DNA from: an uncultured virus (IMG/VR IMGVR_UViG_3300033066_001794)
Taxonomy: Duplodnaviria; Heunggongvirae; Uroviricota; Caudoviricetes
DNA length: 57,530 nucleotides
IMG/VR virus record: IMGVR_UViG_3300033066_001794
Direction: 5' to 3' (one strand)
The notes below the pieces were generated by a model. It searched no databases, had not been told where the DNA came from, and saw nothing but the letters and a program-made list of their open reading frames with translations. A program made the position numbers and the translations under genes. Shown here piece by piece: positions 56,043 to 57,530 of this stretch. How positions within the stretch are numbered: position 1 is the first letter of the stretch; every line of letters begins with the position of its first letter.

Positions 56043-57320
56043 TTAAATTAAATATTTATCAAGTATATCAAAAAACATCCCGATTATTATTTTTTGAGTG
56101 GTTGTTTTTTTGTTAATTGCTATTTGTTTTTTAATATCCCTTTCTGATTTTTCAGCTAACGAAAAATATTTATGTACATAATTGGTAAGGTTTTGCATTG
56201 AAATACTATTTTTATAAATATTATCCAATGGTCTTCCGTAATTACCTGATAAATAAATAGAATTAATTATTTCACAGGATGTTGAACCATAACTTAGTTC
56301 TTTAAATCTTTGACTACTCATATTATTAGATGAATCATCAAACGTATGATATATCTCTAATGAAGCCAATTTATAATTCTTGTTTGGTCTGAATAAATGT
56401 TGATTAAAAAATATTCTGTCGTCATCACTAAATGTAAATATCAACTCTAATGTTTTCTTATAATCATCAATAATATTTATTAATGTCGTTTGTTGTTTAA
56501 TAGTCAATGGTTTTCCTCCAAATGAATTATAAGAAACACCCTTTAACATTCTTAATTCATCTCTTAATTTAGTATATTTAGAGCCAAAAAAATCATCACC
56601 TGTTTTGCCATTCATGTTTAGCTTAACCATAAGCTCGGCATGGGATTGTATTAGAAATTTAAACTTAGTGAAAAAAGTTTCAGATATTTTTTCATTCCTC
56701 TTTGGATACATTTCCTTTTGCACCTTCATTAGCATTAAAAGGAATTCAATTGGATTATCGACATGATTAAATCTCTTTGCGTTTAAATCAATATTAGAAG
56801 CATACAAATCACGTCTCGCATCAAGTATTCTTTTAGCTATTGTAACGAGATGTTCATAAGTTGGAACATAATCAGGGTTATTATCGCTCCGCTTTGATAT
56901 TTCCTTCATTTTTGGAAGCATATCCCCCAATTGCAATGTAAATACAGCGTTAAAAAAAGGCTTTATCGTTTTCCAAATTTCTTCTCTCGACATATTTTTG
57001 CTATTTATATTATCTTTTTGTATTTCAACAATCTCTAAAGGAGTAAGATTGTCAAAACTTGCTTTAGGATAAACTTCTGATAGGTTATTTATTATCAACT
57101 CAATACTTTCAGGTAGATTCCCATCTATTCTTATATCATATATAGTGGGTATTCGTGGTAGGTCAATAGGTTTATTGATAATTGCAAATCTATCAGATTC
57201 ATTTGTAATTAAAGATTCAGCTTGGTTGGTTTCAGAAGATAATTCGCTCTCTGATTCAATTTTATATTCTGTTGGAATAGACTTTTCCAATCCATTATCA
57301 TTAGATTTAATTTCCTTCAT
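56043..57320 (-). CDS. Hypothetical protein (425 aa)
   Basis: Long ORF, acidic low-structure N-terminus, first gene after promoter module. Confidence 0.8.
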   Translation of the reverse strand: MKEIKSNDNGLEKSIPTEYKIESESELSSETNQAESLITNESDRFAIINKPIDLPRIPTIYDIRIDGNLPESIELIINNLSEVYPKASFDNLTPLEIVEIQKDNINSKNMSREEIWKTIKPFFNAVFTLQLGDMLPKMKEISKRSDNNPDYVPTYEHLVTIAKRILDARRDLYASNIDLNAKRFNHVDNPIEFLLMLMKVQKEMYPKRNEKISETFFTKFKFLIQSHAELMVKLNMNGKTGDDFFGSKYTKLRDELRMLKGVSYNSFGGKPLTIKQQTTLINIIDDYKKTLELIFTFSDDDRIFFNQHLFRPNKNYKLASLEIYHTFDDSSNNMSSQRFKELSYGSTSCEIINSIYLSGNYGRPLDNIYKNSISMQNLTNYVHKYFSLAEKSERDIKKQIAINKKTTTQKIIIGMFFDILDKYLI

Positions 57321-57332
57321 AATTAACTTTCA

Positions 57333-57388
57333 TATTTGACCAATGCAAATATACTAACAAAAATGTGATTCACTACAATTATTAATAA
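57333..57388 (-). promoter_or_regulatory. Minus-strand promoter module
   Basis: TTATTAATA (57388-57380), N26, TATATTTG (57353-57346), N4, GGTCAAATA (57341-57333). Confidence 0.75.
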
Positions 57389-57530
57389 CTTATTTTATCA
57401 CAAAAGAATAATTAACTAACAATCGGCATCTTAATTTTATTGTTAACATGTTGTTTAAGAATAAGTTACATCCCATTAATAATTTTTTACATTTTTCGGG
57501 TAAAAAAAATCAAATTCCGTTCGATTTAAG

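Overview
Very AT-rich, densely packed segment that reads as the accessory/early region of a large Bacteroidota (Flavobacteria-like) phage or phage-like element. About 150 short ORFs, mostly hypothetical, run on the minus strand in long operons. Three short plus-strand islands (21.2-23.3, 28.3-31.7, 49.9-51.6 kb), rich in membrane-anchored or secreted proteins, interrupt them. Host inference rests on repeated Bacteroidota -7 promoter elements (TAnnTTTG) and A-rich, SD-less leaders. Recognisable genes: RtcB RNA ligase next to a small RelA/SpoT-type HD hydrolase, ASCH, YopX, DUF551 x4, DUF2786-like x2, DUF6527, GT-A glycosyltransferase, YVTN beta-propeller, GH17-like hydrolase, hemerythrin, a stand-alone CysRS-C-terminal-like domain, and an intact IS200/IS605 element (tnpA+tnpB, 23299-24999). 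The most unusual signals are non-coding: (i) two neighbouring promoters whose spacers are pure tetranucleotide microsatellites, (CTTA)7 and (CTAT)15, between an IHF-like site and the -7 box; (ii) a repeated minus-strand promoter module, box-N26-TAnnTTTG-GGTCAAATA; (iii) a GC-rich ~100-nt structured RNA candidate at 38.1-38.2 kb; (iv) tandem promoter-terminator micro-units at 51.6-52.0 kb. No capsid, terminase, polymerase, tRNA or CRISPR array was recognised, so the phage call is inferred. All family names come from motif recognition by eye, not database searches.
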